Assembly: GCA_013166835.1 (NCBI GenBank) | Contig: JABLTI010000076.1 | Location: 1-18,090, forward strand | DNA length: 18,090 bases | Direction of reading: 5' to 3' | Origin: Promethearchaeati archaeon | Lineage (GTDB): Archaea; Asgardarchaeota; Heimdallarchaeia; JABLTI01 | Made by a program: the position numbers and the translations under genes | The notes under the pieces: model-generated | Database searches by the model: none | Seen by the model: only the letters and a program-made list of their open reading frames with translations | Told to the model about the DNA's origin: nothing | In this document: piece after piece, positions 16,635-18,090 of the stretch | Layout: each line of letters opens with the position of its first letter | How positions within the stretch are numbered: the stretch's first letter is position 1

Positions 16635-17390
16635 ATGACATTTATTGATTGTCATGTACACATTTCTGATAAGTATTTTTTCAAACGAATAGATGATCTT
16701 TTGCTGGATTGGAATGAATATAACGTGGAAAAAATTGGTGCAGTAGCTACTAATTTAAGAGAATCTCAAAGAAATCTCGAGATAGCAAAGAAATATCCAA
16801 GTATAATTCTAGCAGGAATTGGTCGCCACCCGTGGGGAGCACACAAATTCAGTGAACAAGAATTAATGATTTTTCAAGGTGTAGCCAAAAATCCAGAAGT
16901 TGCTTTTATTGGAGAAGTAGGATTAGATCATTATCATTTTAAAGAAAAAGAACGGTGGGAACAACAAAATCAGGTCTTTGAGCAATTTATCGAAATTGCA
17001 AATAATAGCAAGAAATCATTAATGTTGCATTTAACAGGTGCAGAAGAGGAAATTTTTGAGATATTGTCAAGCTCAAAATTGAATGTCAATTTTTGCTGTC
17101 ATTGGTATTCCGGATCGGAAAAGACACTAAAGAAGCTAGTAGATTTAGGAGGATATTTTTCTATTAATCCTAATTTTAAACGTAGCAGAAAACATCGAAG
17201 AGTTTTAGATTTAGTTGATCAACATAAACTTCTTACAGAATCAGATGGTCCAGTAAAATTCCAAGGTGAACAAGGAACTCCTAAACTTATGCCTCTTCTA
17301 TGTAAAGAAATTGCAAAAGAATTAATGATTCAACCAGATAATTTTGCTGAAATTGTAAAAGAAAATTACGAAAATTATTTGAGGAATTAG
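16635..17390 (+). CDS. tatD: TatD-family deoxyribonuclease
   Basis: DCHVH, GRHPW, IGEVGLD, LMLH, HWYSG and LLTESDGP motifs. Confidence 0.92.
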   Translation: MTFIDCHVHISDKYFFKRIDDLLLDWNEYNVEKIGAVATNLRESQRNLEIAKKYPSIILAGIGRHPWGAHKFSEQELMIFQGVAKNPEVAFIGEVGLDHYHFKEKERWEQQNQVFEQFIEIANNSKKSLMLHLTGAEEEIFEILSSSKLNVNFCCHWYSGSEKTLKKLVDLGGYFSINPNFKRSRKHRRVLDLVDQHKLLTESDGPVKFQGEQGTPKLMPLLCKEIAKELMIQPDNFAEIVKENYENYLRN

Positions 17391-17532
17391 TACCGAATTG
17401 TTCTTGCCTTCAACAAAACGCTTTTCTATTTAAAACAAGCTTTTGGATTATATCTGACAGACAAAATTCCTTTTGTGTTTCGCTTCTCGTATGCAACGCA
17501 CATCAGAAACTATTACATAGGTGATATCTTTA

Positions 17533-18090
17533 GTGAAGAAAATTAGATATGTTAAAGCTTGTCCTTTTCTTAGAGACCTAGGTGATAGTTTTCTTTGTGT
17601 AAATAATGATAAAGTTTTGGAAGTTGTGATTGATCCACTTGTTCACATCGATTGGAGTGAAGAGTTACCACCAGTAGCATCAGAAGTTCCGGGTATTACA
17701 ACATGTCTTTTTACTCTTGAGATAGATAGAGATTCTAGACTTTATTGTACAAGTCGTAAGATGCATCTGAGAATGGATAACAAAGATATCATGTGGGAGG
17801 ATATCAGAGATTCAGTTTACCTTCTTGATTTAAATACAAGTGAATTTCAAAGTGCGGAAATTGATTTCTGTTCCACATGTTTATTTAAGGTGCTTATTGC
17901 ATCAAGTCCTGCTTTTCAATCAAGATTAACTATAGATGAAAAAATCCGTTTAGGATGTAGCTACATTCTGAATAAAGCAAATGAAATCTACAGTTCGCTC
18001 ATAAAACTCGCACAATCAATGGCTGATGATGAGAAGTCAAAAAAAGAAACTTCTAAACTGGACAAGTCAAAAGGGATTATCTTCAAACAA
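17533..18090 (+). CDS. Hypothetical protein with Cys motifs, 3'-truncated by the window edge
   Basis: Not in the ORF track. The frame is open from GTG 17521/17533 to the window end: MKKIRYVKACPFLRDLGDSFLCVNNDK...TTCLFTLEIDRDSRLYCTSRK...DFCSTCLFK...KGIIFKQ. An AGGTGAT RBS at 17519-17525 supports GTG 17533. Confidence 0.75.
   Translation, partial: MKKIRYVKACPFLRDLGDSFLCVNNDKVLEVVIDPLVHIDWSEELPPVASEVPGITTCLFTLEIDRDSRLYCTSRKMHLRMDNKDIMWEDIRDSVYLLDLNTSEFQSAEIDFCSTCLFKVLIASSPAFQSRLTIDEKIRLGCSYILNKANEIYSSLIKLAQSMADDEKSKKETSKLDKSKGIIFKQ

Noticed and set aside
17491-17532. ATG at 17491 in frame with the last ORF, interrupted by TAG at 17518-17520 (possible pyrrolysine or readthrough)
   Set aside because: The TAG overlaps the AGGTGAT ribosome-binding site of GTG 17533, the upstream piece is only 9 codons, and nothing else indicates recoding.
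1-18090. CRISPR arrays, tRNA/rRNA genes, transposases or integrases
   Set aside because: By eye I found no regularly spaced repeats, no GC-rich structured RNA blocks in intergenic gaps, and no recombinase motifs in any ORF.

Overview
AT-rich, gene-dense prokaryotic window that looks archaeal: archaeal/eukaryote-type ProRS, GGTGA/GGAG-type ribosome-binding sites, TATA-like promoters and frequent TTG/GTG starts. An Asgard-group origin is my impression only and is not demonstrated. The left half is a transport cluster. It holds a partial peptide-binding protein (family-5 SBP) that appears circularly permuted, a large FtsX/MacB-type permease with its LolD-like ATPase, and a complete but oddly arranged Opp/Dpp set (oppF>oppD> convergent with <oppC<oppB). 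It also holds a second LolD-like ATPase fused to an AbrB/MraZ-like domain and a C4 zinc ribbon. The right half has an unknown polytopic membrane protein, a prolyl-tRNA synthetase with several altered active-site residues, a Cys-rich 2x[4Fe-4S] protein, an M24 (Xaa-Pro peptidase fold) enzyme missing part of its metal ligand set, an EamA/DMT transporter, TatD, and a partial Cys-motif hypothetical protein. I saw no RNA genes, CRISPR arrays or mobile elements. The best leads are the divergent ProRS, the ATPase-AbrB-Zn-ribbon fusion, the permuted SBP and the creatinase-like M24 enzyme. All family calls come from motifs read by eye, without database searches.
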